Source: Planctomycetota bacterium
GTDB lineage: Bacteria; Planctomycetota; GCA-002687715; CAIWVZ01
DNA length: 64,000 bases
Assembly (NCBI GenBank): GCA_044222185.1
Contig: JBGANV010000010.1
Coordinates: 64,001-128,000 of the forward strand
Direction: 5' to 3'
Below are positions 19,631 to 29,480 of the stretch, piece after piece. The position numbers were made by a program, and so were the translations under genes. Positions within the stretch are counted from its first letter, which is position 1. Every line of letters starts with the position of its first letter. The notes under the pieces were generated by a model, which saw nothing but the letters and a program-made list of their open reading frames with translations, had not been told where the DNA came from and searched no databases.

Positions 19631-21634
19631 TCAGCGCGTCGTCATTGCAGCGAACTGCGACCGGTGCAGCGCGAAGTACGTACCTCGCTGCGCAACCAAC
19701 TCGGCGTGTGTTCCCGACTCGATGACTCGCCCGTTGTCGATCACGAGGATGTTGTCCGCGCGCTCGATGGTCGAGAGACGGTGGGCGATGACGAGGGAGG
19801 TCCGACCGGTGAGGAGATTCCCGAGCGCCTCCTGCACCAGTTGCTCCGAGCGCGTGTCCAAGTTCGACGTGGCCTCGTCGAGGATCAGGAGCGAGGCGTT
19901 CTTCAGGATCGCGCGGGCGATGGTGATGCGCTGCAGTTGTCCACCGGAGAGGCTCGCGCCCCGATCGCCGACCAGCGTCTCGTATTGATCCGGCAACGTG
20001 AGGGCGAACTCGTGGACGTGCGCCGCCTTTGCGGCGGCGAGGACCTCTGCTTCCGAGGCCTCCGCGTTCCCGTAACGGATGTTCTGCGCGACCGTCGTGT
20101 TGAAGAGGAACGGCTGCTGCGACACCACGGCGATCTGCCGCAGGAGACTCTGCCGCGAGATGTTCGCGAGAGGGTTGCCGTCGATGGTGATCTGGCCGCT
20201 CGTCGGCTCGTAGAAGCGCATGAGGAGGTCCGCAATCGTCGACTTCCCCGCACCCGAGGGGCCGACGAGCGCGACCATCCCTCCGGCGGGAATCGTGAAC
20301 GAGATGTTGTCGAGGACGATCTGATCCGGCGTGTCCGGGTAGGCGAAGCTGACGTTCTCGAACTTGACGCTCCCCTTGATCTGCCCGAGGAGATGGGCGC
20401 CGGTGCGGTCGCCGACCTCACGCTCCGTGTCGATGACCTCGAACAGGCGCTTGGCGCCTGCCAGCGATTCGTTCCAGACGTGGAACGCCGTCGACAGGCG
20501 CTTCAGCGGACGGAACATCGTCGCGAGGGCCACGAGGAAGGCGACGAATTCTCCCGCCTCGACGTCCCACATGCCGTGGATGACGAGCCACCCGCCGCCG
20601 CCCAGTGACGCCCCGAGGACGACACCGTAGGTGATGTCGACGATGGCCTTCGCGCGGGCCTTCGCGCGCACGATCGCGAGGCTGCGTTCGCGGTAGGTGA
20701 CGTTGAGCGCGCGAAACTCGGCGCTCTCGCGCGCCTCCATCGCGAACGCCTTGACGATCCGGATGCCCGCGAGGGCCTGGGAGATCGACTCGGTCGTGTC
20801 GCTCATCGTCTCGAGCATCCGCTTGGTCCGCCGCTGGATCTGGCGCCCGATCTGGAGGATCGGGACCACGACGCCCGGCAGGAAGACGAACGCTGCGAGC
20901 GCGAGCTTCCAGTTCAGATAGAGGGTCGCTGCGACACCCGACACCACGATGAACGGCTGGAGAAGCACTTCCGACACGAAGATGTTCACGCAGAGGTGGA
21001 GCAACTGCGCGTCGTTCGAGAAACGTGACTGCAGGTCCCCCAGCTTGCGTCGCGTGAAGTAGGAGAGGGGGAGCCTCAGGACACGATCGAGCATCTCGCA
21101 GCGCAGGTCTGCGACGACGTGAGTGGCGAGCGCCTTGGCGATGTACTCCGTCGCGTAGGTCGCGATGGCCGCGAGGATCGACGTCACGAGGATCAGGACG
21201 ACGAATACAAGCAGGATGGCGACGTTCTTGTCGCTCGGCGTCGGGATCAGCGTGCCGAACTTCCGCAGGAGGTCGTTGCCGAAGCTGCCGCGCGGGCGCT
21301 CGTAGGCCTTCAGGGCCTCGGCCGGACTGCCCTGCACCCAAACGAGCCTGGTCGGGTCGTAGCGGAGGACGACCGGGCCGCTCTCGGTCATGAAGGCGTG
21401 CTGGCGGCCGCCTTTGCGGTCGATGTCGCCGTGACGGGCGGCGGGGGTCGCGAGGAGCACGTCCTCGACGAAGACCTTCGAGAGCCCGATAGGGACCGCC
21501 TCCGTGACGCCGGACAGCACCATGGAGATGATCGCGAGTACGACCGTCGTCCGGTGCCGCGTCATGTACTTGAGCAACCTGCGCGTGAGTGCCACGCGCT
21601 CGCCCTTCTCCAGACCGGCTTCGACTCGGGACAT
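19631..21634 (-). CDS. MsbA-like ABC transporter, fused permease/ATPase
   Basis: Six-TM exporter domain, GPSGAGKST, LSGGQLQR, LDEATSNLD, AHRLSTI. Start MSRVEAG preferred because TAGGAT lies 7 nt upstream. Confidence 0.9.
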   Translation of the reverse strand: MSRVEAGLEKGERVALTRRLLKYMTRHRTTVVLAIISMVLSGVTEAVPIGLSKVFVEDVLLATPAARHGDIDRKGGRQHAFMTESGPVVLRYDPTRLVWVQGSPAEALKAYERPRGSFGNDLLRKFGTLIPTPSDKNVAILLVFVVLILVTSILAAIATYATEYIAKALATHVVADLRCEMLDRVLRLPLSYFTRRKLGDLQSRFSNDAQLLHLCVNIFVSEVLLQPFIVVSGVAATLYLNWKLALAAFVFLPGVVVPILQIGRQIQRRTKRMLETMSDTTESISQALAGIRIVKAFAMEARESAEFRALNVTYRERSLAIVRAKARAKAIVDITYGVVLGASLGGGGWLVIHGMWDVEAGEFVAFLVALATMFRPLKRLSTAFHVWNESLAGAKRLFEVIDTEREVGDRTGAHLLGQIKGSVKFENVSFAYPDTPDQIVLDNISFTIPAGGMVALVGPSGAGKSTIADLLMRFYEPTSGQITIDGNPLANISRQSLLRQIAVVSQQPFLFNTTVAQNIRYGNAEASEAEVLAAAKAAHVHEFALTLPDQYETLVGDRGASLSGGQLQRITIARAILKNASLLILDEATSNLDTRSEQLVQEALGNLLTGRTSLVIAHRLSTIERADNILVIDNGRVIESGTHAELVAQRGTYFALHRSQFAAMTTR

Positions 21635-21644
21635 CGGCGGGATC

Positions 21645-22475
21645 CTATGCGGAATCAGGGGACGTCGCACTCGCCAGATCGACGCCGATGATTCGCGCGT
21701 GCTCCGCCCGGATGCGGACCACCTGCCCAGGGGCCGTCTCCAACGTCAGCCCGAGGACGGGATCGATCTCCCTAACGACTCCTGCCTTCAGATCGCAACC
21801 CTCTTCGATGACGACACGCCGGCCCAGGAGGACGTCGCGTTCCTTGAACTCCGACGCGAGCGCGGCGGGGTTGGATTCGACGGCGTCGAGCCGGGCGTCC
21901 AGCTCGTCGAGCAACGCGGCCGCAAGCCTCTCGCGCGACGGGGGACCCGTGAGAAAGTCCGACAGCGCGGCGGGAGCGACGATTCCGGCCTCGGCGGACG
22001 CCAACTCGAGAGAGCGTGCCGTCGTGATTCCGAACCCCGCGATCGCGAGGCCCGCGGCTGGATCCAGCACGTCGATCAGGATCCCGGCGACCTTCCGCTG
22101 GTCGACCCACACGTCGTTGGGCCATTTCATCCGCGGCGTGAGGCCGCAGGTCCGTGCGATGGCCGCGGCGGCCGCGAGCCCGCAAGCCACGCTGACGAGT
22201 GGCGAGGTGCCCGCGGGCGGTGGCCGGCGTAGGACGACGGAGGCGTAGATGCCGCAGCCTGGGGTCGACACCCACTTCGTTCCGCGTCGCCCACGGCCGC
22301 TGATCTGGCCTTCGGCGATCACCACGGTCCCATCATCCGCTCCGCGGCGGGCGAGCGATGCGGCGAGGTCATTCGTGGAATCGACGAGGCCGAGCAGGTG
22401 CAGCCCGGCGGTGAAACGCGTCGAGTTACAGGCCTCGACGATGCGGGACGCGCGGAGCGGCGTCGGAACGATCAC
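21645..22475 (-). CDS. birA: Biotin-[acetyl-CoA-carboxylase] ligase, monofunctional (no HTH)
   Basis: DSTN, QISGRGRRG, KWPND, KVAGIL. GTG start overlaps the nadC stop. Confidence 0.9.
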   Translation of the reverse strand: MIVPTPLRASRIVEACNSTRFTAGLHLLGLVDSTNDLAASLARRGADDGTVVIAEGQISGRGRRGTKWVSTPGCGIYASVVLRRPPPAGTSPLVSVACGLAAAAAIARTCGLTPRMKWPNDVWVDQRKVAGILIDVLDPAAGLAIAGFGITTARSLELASAEAGIVAPAALSDFLTGPPSRERLAAALLDELDARLDAVESNPAALASEFKERDVLLGRRVVIEEGCDLKAGVVREIDPVLGLTLETAPGQVVRIRAEHARIIGVDLASATSPDSA

Positions 22476-23377
22476 GCGGCCGGATCCGGGTAGAGGTCCA
22501 GCGAGATGTCGAGGGCTCGGACGGAATGCGTGAGCGCGCCGACCGAGATCCGGTCGACGCCGGTGCGTGCGATGTCGCCGACGGTCGCGAGCGTGACTCC
22601 GCCCGAAACCTCGAGCAGAGACGGGCTCGATGCGGCGTTTCGCCTTCGCACCGCTTCGGCGTGTTGTGGCGTCGACATGTTGTCGAGGAGGATGATGTCC
22701 GGCGTCACGTCCAGGGCGGCGTCGAGTTGCTCGAGCGTCTCCACCTCGACCTCGATGATCGTGCCCGGAGGTGTGCCCGCTCGGGCTTTCGCCACGGCGC
22801 GCCGCACCGCGTCGGCGTTCCTCTCCTCGCCCGCGAAGATGAGGTGGTTCTCCTTGATGAGCACCTGGTCGTGCAGTCCGAGCCGGTGGGTGAGCCCGCC
22901 GCCCACGCAGACGGCGTACTTGTCGAGTGTTCGATGGCCGGGGCACGTCTTGCGCGTCTCCTGGATGCGTGCCTTCGCCCCTCCGACCGCATCGACGTAC
23001 CGAGCCGTTTCGGTCGCGATGCCGGACATCCGCTGGATGAAGTTCAGCGCCGTGCGCTCCAGTGCGAGGAGCTCGCATGCGGACCCACGGAGCGTGGCCA
23101 GGCGCGTGCGGGGCTCGACCCGGTCACCGTCGGCGACGAGAAGCGTGGAGCGGACGGACGGAAAGGCGGCGAGGAGGGGGCCATGCGCCAGCAGCAGGGG
23201 AAGTCCGGCGACCGTCCCCGACGCCTTCGCGACCAGGTGACCGACGCCGCGAGGCCCTGCGCCAACGACGCTCATCGTCGTGATGTCGCGGGCGACGCCA
23301 TCCTCCTCGAGCGCGAGCCGGATCAGTTGCGTCACTGGGGTCGACGTCAACCATCCTTCCGGGTCCAGTTTCTCCAT
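22472..23377 (-). CDS. nadC: Nicotinate-nucleotide pyrophosphorylase (carboxylating)
   Basis: ALEED..DITT, ERTALNF, TRKT, HRLGL, IKENH, LLDNM, SGG, ISVGALTHS. Confidence 0.95.
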   Translation of the reverse strand: MEKLDPEGWLTSTPVTQLIRLALEEDGVARDITTMSVVGAGPRGVGHLVAKASGTVAGLPLLLAHGPLLAAFPSVRSTLLVADGDRVEPRTRLATLRGSACELLALERTALNFIQRMSGIATETARYVDAVGGAKARIQETRKTCPGHRTLDKYAVCVGGGLTHRLGLHDQVLIKENHLIFAGEERNADAVRRAVAKARAGTPPGTIIEVEVETLEQLDAALDVTPDIILLDNMSTPQHAEAVRRRNAASSPSLLEVSGGVTLATVGDIARTGVDRISVGALTHSVRALDISLDLYPDPAA

Positions 23378-23736
23378 GGCGTCGTCAGATCTTTCTGCCA
23401 CTGATGCAGAAGGCGCGTCCCCACGCCCGGCACCAACAAGAGGTCGTCCGGGCACGTCATGCGGCCGGGGCGCCGCCGCATCTCGCAAATCCGCTGCGCC
23501 AGTCGGCTTCCCGAACCGTCGAGCGTGGCCAAGAAGTACCACGGCGAGGATGCGGGATCGACGGCAAGCGGCTCGATGCGCGCACCGAGGGCCGCGGGCC
23601 GTGAGACGTAGCCGAGCAGTACGAGTGCGGCGGCGGCGAACGAGGCGCCGATCGCAGTGGAGGTCGCGCTCCTTCGTCCTGGCGGAGAAATCGGCGTCAT
23701 TCTTGGGCTTTCTGCCGGGCGGTGTTCGAGGCTCAT
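23347..23736 (-). CDS. ComEA-like helix-hairpin-helix DNA-binding membrane protein
   Basis: TM segment followed by LDGSGSRLAQRI...DLLLVPGVG (paired HhH). Start is 23736 or 23700. Confidence 0.7.
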   Translation of the reverse strand: MSLEHRPAESPRMTPISPPGRRSATSTAIGASFAAAALVLLGYVSRPAALGARIEPLAVDPASSPWYFLATLDGSGSRLAQRICEMRRRPGRMTCPDDLLLVPGVGTRLLHQWQKDLTTPWRNWTRKDG

Positions 23737-23955
23737 TCCTGTCTGTAGACGCTTCGAATGAATCCAACGTCCTGTCGGTCCGGCTAATACGGCGACGGCC
23801 CGGGATTCGATAAGGGTCCTGAGTCGTCTCATGCCAACAGGCGGCGTGAGTGGCTGGAGCGAGGTTCGACGCGAGCCGGACTCCTGCAGTTGAATCCGAG
23901 GCGGAGTGTGCGCGGCCGAGCGCCACATTCACCCAGTGACGAGGCGAGAGAGGCG

Positions 23956-24291
23956 ATGGCAACGATCACGAAGAAAGAGCTGGTGAACCGGATCTCCGAG
24001 CTCACCAAGCAGACCAAGATCATCACGAAAGACGTGATCCAGCTCTTCCTTGACGAAATCGTGAAGGAGCTGGGTCGCGGCAATCGGCTCGAGTTCCGTG
24101 AGTTCGGCGTCTTCGAGGTGAAGCAGCGCGCGGCGCGCAAGGCACAGAACCCGCGCACGCTGCAGAAAGTGAACGTCCCGCCGAAGCAGGTCGTGAAGTT
24201 CAAGGTCGGCCGGAGCATGAAGGAGGCGGTCGAGCGACTGCTCGCACAGAACGCCCAGCAGCCCAAGAACGGACAAGTCCCCGGCGTCTGA
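23956..24291 (+). CDS. HU/IHF-family DNA-binding protein
   Basis: TKKELV, EFREFGVFEVKQRAARKAQNPRT, VKFKVG. GAGAGG SD. Confidence 0.93.
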   Translation: MATITKKELVNRISELTKQTKIITKDVIQLFLDEIVKELGRGNRLEFREFGVFEVKQRAARKAQNPRTLQKVNVPPKQVVKFKVGRSMKEAVERLLAQNAQQPKNGQVPGV

Positions 24292-24421
24292 CACTCTGCG
24301 CCCCTGCCCGACGGGCGCGCCCCGCGAAGAGCGCGGTCGGACGGCGCGGGCACCGTGGCATGGCGGCGCATTTGTCGCGTGTTAGCCTCGCGCCCCGCCC
24401 AATCGGCGCGGGTGTTGCGCC

Positions 24422-26494
24422 ATGGACAGCCACGCTTTGGGCGTTCTCGAGTTCGATCGGATCCGCTCGGCTCTTCGCGGACACGCGACCTCGGACCTTG
24501 CGCGGCAGGTCATCGACGCACTGGAGCCTTCGGGCGACGCTGCCCGGCTGCGGCTCAGCCTCTCGCAGGTCGATCAGGCGCGGTCGTTCCTGGATGCGGG
24601 AGAACCGCTGCCCGTTCGCGGTCTGCGCGACGTGACGGGACTCGTGGCGCGCGCGCGGCACGCCAACCGTCCGCTCGAACCGACCGAACTCCTCGACGTC
24701 ACGTCTTTCATCCAGTGCGTCCGGGAGTTGCACGAGTGGCTCTTCGAACGGCGACTTCGGGCGCCGGGCCTTTGGATGCTCGCCGAGCGCATCCTCGATC
24801 ACACGCCGCTGAAGGGCGCGATCGATCACGCGATCGAACAGCCGGGAGCGGTGCGTGACGACGCGTCGCCGAGGCTCGGGCAGCTCCGCGCGTCGTGTCG
24901 CAAGATCGAGGAGAGGATCCGATCGATCATGGAGGAGATCGTGGATGCACCTCGCGTGCGCCCGCATCTCCAGGAGCGCGGGTTCTCCGTGCGCAACGGG
25001 CGGTTCGTCCTTCCCATCCGCCTCGAGATGAAGGGGCACGTGCCGGGAATCCTGCACGACAAGAGTGCGAGCGGTTCCACGGCGTTCATCGAGCCTCGCG
25101 AGGTGGTTCCCCTGTCGAACGAACTCGCGGAGGCGCGCCTGGACGAATCGCGCGAAGTCACGCGGATTCTCTACGAGCTCACGCGCCAGGTCATCGACGA
25201 CCTCCAACGGCTTCAGTACTCGCAGAACGTGGCGGCGTGGCTCGACTTCACCGCAGCGCGTGCGGCCTTCAGCCGCGAAGTCGACGGGTGCGCGCCGTCG
25301 ATCTCGGAGGACGGCGTGATCCGGCTTCGGCATGCGCGCCATCCGCTGCTCGTCCTTCGAGCGCGTGCCGGCGAGATCGATCGCCCGATCGAGCCGCTGT
25401 CGCTGGAGATCGGGCGTCGGTTCAGGATGCTGGTCGTCACCGGCCCGAACACGGGCGGCAAGACGGTCGTGTTGAAGACCGTCGGTCTCATCCAGGCCAT
25501 GTTCCAGTGCGGGCTTCACGTCCCCGTCGCCGAGGGCAGCGAGCTCCCGATCGTGGCCGACGTGTTCGCGGACATCGGCGACGAGCAGAGTCTCCAGCAG
25601 AGCCTCAGCACGTTCTCCGGGCACGTGCGCCAGATCGCCCGCGTGCTCGAGCGGGCGGGGCCGAACACCGTCGTGCTCCTCGACGAACTGGGGGCCGGGA
25701 CCGATCCGGTCGAGGGCGCCGCTCTCGGCCGTGCGATCCTCGAGCGGTTGCTGGTTGCCGGTGCGCGCACGATCGTCACGACTCACCTCGGCGTCCTGAA
25801 GGGCTTTGCGTTCTCGCACGCCGACGTGGAGAACGCGGCGATGGAGTTCGACCCGGAGACGTTCCAGCCCACCTACCGCCTGATCGTGGGGCGTCCGGGG
25901 AACAGCAACGCGCTCCTCATCGCCCGCAAATATGGGATCCCGGAGGACGTGGCGAAGTCCGCCGAGGTCGCCGTCCTGGGTCAGCGCGACTCCTCGCACG
26001 AGCTCATCGAGGGCCTCACGCGCTCCCGCGAAGCCGTGGAGAATGCGCGACGAAGCAGTGAGGATCTCGTCGCCGACGCGCGTCGCAAACTGGCCGAGGC
26101 CGAGAACCGGCTGCGAGAGGCACACGCCGAGAAGGGGCGGCTCGAGGTGGAGGCCGACGCTTCGTTGCGCCGTGTCTTCAACGAGTTCTCCGATGCCGCG
26201 CGGTCGCACCTGAACGCGCTCAAGAACGTGCCGCGGGCCCTGGTCCCGGAGGTCGAGGCCCTCGAGAAGCTCTTCCGCCAACGGGGCGAACTCCCCACGC
26301 TCGGCGACCGGCGTCGCGAGTTCCTCGCCGCCATCAAGAAGGACGACCAGGTGTTCGTGCCGAAATTCAACCAGATCTGTCGCGTGAAGAAGATGAACCG
26401 GAGCGAGGAGCGACTGACCGTCCAGTACGGCGCGCTCGTCGCCGAGATCTCCTTCGACGACGTGTCGTTCGTCACGCCCCCGACCCCTTCATGA
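24422..26494 (+). CDS. mutS2: MutS2-family ATPase lacking the C-terminal Smr domain
   Basis: LEFDRI, SASGSTAFIEP, ARHPLL, TGPNTGGKT, DIGDEQSLQQSLSTFSGH, DELGAGTDPVEG, TTH. Ends after a KOW-like segment. Confidence 0.88.
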   Translation: MDSHALGVLEFDRIRSALRGHATSDLARQVIDALEPSGDAARLRLSLSQVDQARSFLDAGEPLPVRGLRDVTGLVARARHANRPLEPTELLDVTSFIQCVRELHEWLFERRLRAPGLWMLAERILDHTPLKGAIDHAIEQPGAVRDDASPRLGQLRASCRKIEERIRSIMEEIVDAPRVRPHLQERGFSVRNGRFVLPIRLEMKGHVPGILHDKSASGSTAFIEPREVVPLSNELAEARLDESREVTRILYELTRQVIDDLQRLQYSQNVAAWLDFTAARAAFSREVDGCAPSISEDGVIRLRHARHPLLVLRARAGEIDRPIEPLSLEIGRRFRMLVVTGPNTGGKTVVLKTVGLIQAMFQCGLHVPVAEGSELPIVADVFADIGDEQSLQQSLSTFSGHVRQIARVLERAGPNTVVLLDELGAGTDPVEGAALGRAILERLLVAGARTIVTTHLGVLKGFAFSHADVENAAMEFDPETFQPTYRLIVGRPGNSNALLIARKYGIPEDVAKSAEVAVLGQRDSSHELIEGLTRSREAVENARRSSEDLVADARRKLAEAENRLREAHAEKGRLEVEADASLRRVFNEFSDAARSHLNALKNVPRALVPEVEALEKLFRQRGELPTLGDRRREFLAAIKKDDQVFVPKFNQICRVKKMNRSEERLTVQYGALVAEISFDDVSFVTPPTPS

Positions 26495-27975
26495 GCGGCG
26501 CGACGATGGATCCGGTGGTGAAGAACGTGCCGACGCGCGTGGATCGAGCCGTAACGGCCGTCGTGTTTCTCGCATTCGTCGGCTGGGCCGGCGTCCTCGC
26601 TGCGCGCGCGCGCGGTGTCATGGAGGCCGACGAAGTCCTTCATTGGCTCTACGCGCGACACGCGCCGGCGAACCCCTGGAATTTCCTGCACGTGTGGGCG
26701 CGGCCCGTCTGCACGGCCCTGATCTGGCCAGTTTCGGGGCTTGGACTTGACGCCGCGCGGTGGATCTCGGTCCTCGCGGCGGGCCTCGCTGCGTTGGCGG
26801 CGTGGCGCGCGGCCTCGACCTGCGGGTTCCCCCACGCGCCGTGTGCGATCCCCCTGACGTTCGCGCAACCGCTCTTCTTCCAGCAGACGTTCGGCGTCTG
26901 GACGGAGGTCGTGTTCTCGGCGTTCGCGGGCGCGTGGGTGCTTGCCGCCGTGTGCAGGCGGCCGGTTCTGATGGCGCTGATCGCAGCCGCAACTCCGCTG
27001 GTGCGCCCCGAGGGCTTCTTCCTCGTCGTCCTGACCATGGGAATGGCTGCGGTCGGATGGGTGCGCGACCGAAACGGCCACGTCGCACGTCGATCGGTGC
27101 TCATCCTTGCGCCGAGCCTGATTGCCGCCTGGGCGATCGCCGGGTGGATCGGATCGGGCGATCCCCTGTGGCTCGTGCACGCCTGGCCACCGAACTGGGC
27201 GCCCGACCAGGCCTACGGGCGCGGCGACGTGAGCTGGCTGTGGCAGTCGCTGGTCCAGGTGCTTCCCGTGTTCTCGCTGCCCCTGTGCGCGATCGGCCTC
27301 GTCCTGTCGATCCGGCAGCGGACGTGGCCGGCTGGGGCGTTGCTGGTCGTCATCCTCGGCCTTCACACGACGCTGTGGGTGCTCGGGCGCTTCGGAACGG
27401 CCGGCTACGCGCGGTACTTCGTGACGCTGGCTCCGGCGTTCGCCTTGTTGGCGTGCGGCGGCCTGGATGTGCTGCTTCGCGTCTGGCGGTCGTCCTCGCG
27501 CGCGATCGTCACGACCGTGGTCGCTGTCGCCGCCGCCGTCGGGTTGCTCCGCCATCCGACTGCAGTGGACCCGCCCACCATGCCTCCGGATGGCCGACTC
27601 CTGGCTGCCGTGGGCCGGTGGATCGAGTCTCGCGAACCCGGCGCGCTGGTGTACTCGGCGCACCCGTTCACCTATCTCGAACTCCCACGCATCCCGTCCG
27701 ACCGCTTCGCCGATTTCGGAAACCTGAAGCGTCCCGTGCTGGAGTCCGTGCCGCCCGGTTCCTGGCTCGTCGTGGAGGACCGCTTCTACCGACCGATCGC
27801 AAACGGCCCCGAGATCGATGCCCCGACCATGAACCCGCCGGAGCGGGAGCTTCCCGGGTTGGGGTTCGTGCGGGTCGAGGTCCCGGACCTCGGGGTCGAC
27901 ATGCGAGTCACCGACCCGCGACAGGATCCGGCACTGGAGCACATGCACCTCGCGGTCTACCGTCGGGCCAAGTGA
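26491..27975 (+). CDS. Polytopic membrane protein, putative GT-C-fold glycosyltransferase (paralog 1)
   Basis: About 11 TM segments, acidic EADE after TM1, TE, RPEG, GYARY motifs, soluble C-terminal domain. Confidence 0.55.
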   Translation: MSGATMDPVVKNVPTRVDRAVTAVVFLAFVGWAGVLAARARGVMEADEVLHWLYARHAPANPWNFLHVWARPVCTALIWPVSGLGLDAARWISVLAAGLAALAAWRAASTCGFPHAPCAIPLTFAQPLFFQQTFGVWTEVVFSAFAGAWVLAAVCRRPVLMALIAAATPLVRPEGFFLVVLTMGMAAVGWVRDRNGHVARRSVLILAPSLIAAWAIAGWIGSGDPLWLVHAWPPNWAPDQAYGRGDVSWLWQSLVQVLPVFSLPLCAIGLVLSIRQRTWPAGALLVVILGLHTTLWVLGRFGTAGYARYFVTLAPAFALLACGGLDVLLRVWRSSSRAIVTTVVAVAAAVGLLRHPTAVDPPTMPPDGRLLAAVGRWIESREPGALVYSAHPFTYLELPRIPSDRFADFGNLKRPVLESVPPGSWLVVEDRFYRPIANGPEIDAPTMNPPERELPGLGFVRVEVPDLGVDMRVTDPRQDPALEHMHLAVYRRAK

Positions 27976-29438
27976 ATCCCGCCGCCCCGCGTCAACGCCT
28001 GTCCGTGGTCGCCGTGTGTGCGATATTCGTCGGGCTGTCGGTGGCGAGCAGCGTTCGCTCGACGGCGTTCATCGAGGCTGACGACGTCACCCACTACCTC
28101 TACTCGCGCTGGTTGTTCGAGTATCCGCGCAAGGCCGTGGACATCTGGGGAAGGCCGCTCGTCACGCTGTTCTACGCGCTTCCGGCGCAGCTCGGGCCTC
28201 TGTCGGCGCGGCTGGGTTCGATCCTGCTCGGCCTCGTCGCCGTGTGGACGGCGTGGCGCGTTGCAGCCAGTTCGGGCCTCCGGCGCGCGGCCCTCGTCGT
28301 CGCCGCGACGCTCGGCCTCCCATACGTCTTCACCCAGACCTGCGGGATTCTGACGGAGCTCCTGTTTGCGGCCCTGCTGGGCCTGGGGTTCGTGGCATAC
28401 CGTTCGAGCCGTCCCAGGGCGGCCGCCCTGGCGTGGTCGCTGCTGCCGCTCGCGCGTCCCGAGGGCTTCTTTCTCGGTCTCCTCTTCGGACTCGTCTTCC
28501 TGTTCGCCCGGCGTGCCCACACGACGCCGCGACTCTCGCCGGCGCGCTTCGCCAACGCCATGCTGCTCGGCAGCGGCACGGCGGTGTGGTGGCTCTCGGG
28601 TCTACCGATCTATCGCAGCGCGGCGTGGCTGATCGAGGAATGGCCGAAGAACTGGGCCGTCGAAAGCGTCTACGGGCACGGCCACCCGCTGCACTTCGTC
28701 GGGTTCCTCGCCGTCGTCGTGACTCCGGCGCTGATCCCGCCGTTCGTCGTCGGTGCTCGCGTGGCATGGCTTGCGGGCCGACGACTCGAATTGCTCGTGA
28801 TCGGTTTCGTCGTGGGCCTGCACGCGACGCTCTGGACGCTGGGCCTGTTCGGCTCGGCGGGATATCCGCGCTACCTCGTGACCGTCGCGCCGCTCATCGG
28901 CGCGGTCATCGCGCTCGGGATCGAGCGACTGTTTGCGGGGTGGACCCGGCTCCGATCCGCCGCTTCGACGGAGACGCGGTGGAGACGGTTCGAGATCGGT
29001 AGCGCGGCACTGCTGGCCACGGTGCTCATGTTCTGGCCCAACACCGGTCCCGTGCTCGGAGACGTGGACGTGAAATTCCTCACTGGGGTCTGGCCGTGGT
29101 GTTCGGCCTACCGCGCGGAGCATCCGACGATGCGCTTCGTCGTCGACCACCCGGCGTTCACCATGATCGGCGACTTCGATCCGTTCCGTCGCGGCTACCA
29201 GTTCAAGCCGAAGTTCCTGGACTATGCCGAGGTGGGCGACGTGGCCGTATGGGAGTCGAAGTTCGCCGCCCGTTACTCCGGCATCCGCAAGGAGGATCTG
29301 GCCCGGTACGGCTTCGAGCCGCTCCCGCGCGAGCTGGCCGTCGGTCCCGGTCCACACGCATGGGAGGCGCCCCGGCCTCCAGGCGGTGACCCCGAGCTCG
29401 CCGATTTCCAGTGGGACGTCCTCATCAAGCGGCGCTGA
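27972..29438 (+). CDS. Polytopic membrane protein, putative GT-C-fold glycosyltransferase (paralog 2)
   Basis: GTG overlaps the upstream stop. EADD, TE, RPEG, WPKNW and GYPRY motifs are collinear with paralog 1. Confidence 0.55.
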   Translation: MNPAAPRQRLSVVAVCAIFVGLSVASSVRSTAFIEADDVTHYLYSRWLFEYPRKAVDIWGRPLVTLFYALPAQLGPLSARLGSILLGLVAVWTAWRVAASSGLRRAALVVAATLGLPYVFTQTCGILTELLFAALLGLGFVAYRSSRPRAAALAWSLLPLARPEGFFLGLLFGLVFLFARRAHTTPRLSPARFANAMLLGSGTAVWWLSGLPIYRSAAWLIEEWPKNWAVESVYGHGHPLHFVGFLAVVVTPALIPPFVVGARVAWLAGRRLELLVIGFVVGLHATLWTLGLFGSAGYPRYLVTVAPLIGAVIALGIERLFAGWTRLRSAASTETRWRRFEIGSAALLATVLMFWPNTGPVLGDVDVKFLTGVWPWCSAYRAEHPTMRFVVDHPAFTMIGDFDPFRRGYQFKPKFLDYAEVGDVAVWESKFAARYSGIRKEDLARYGFEPLPRELAVGPGPHAWEAPRPPGGDPELADFQWDVLIKRR

Positions 29439-29464
29439 TCCGGAGCGAGCGCGCGGTGCGCGGC

Positions 29465-29480
29465 TACCATGGGCCCCATG
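29465..29480 (+). promoter_or_regulatory. Putative -10 box (TACCAT) and original leaderless ATG of aroC (intron 5' exon)
   Basis: TACCAT-gggcccc-ATG immediately precedes the intron's GTGCG. The same TACCAT hexamer is used in the tRNA promoter. Confidence 0.55.

Noticed and set aside
29456-29460. Alternative intron 5' end at the upstream GTGCG
   Set aside because: Excision from here would leave aroC with no start codon, and the flank does not pair with the candidate EBS1 (CAUG). 29481 fits both.
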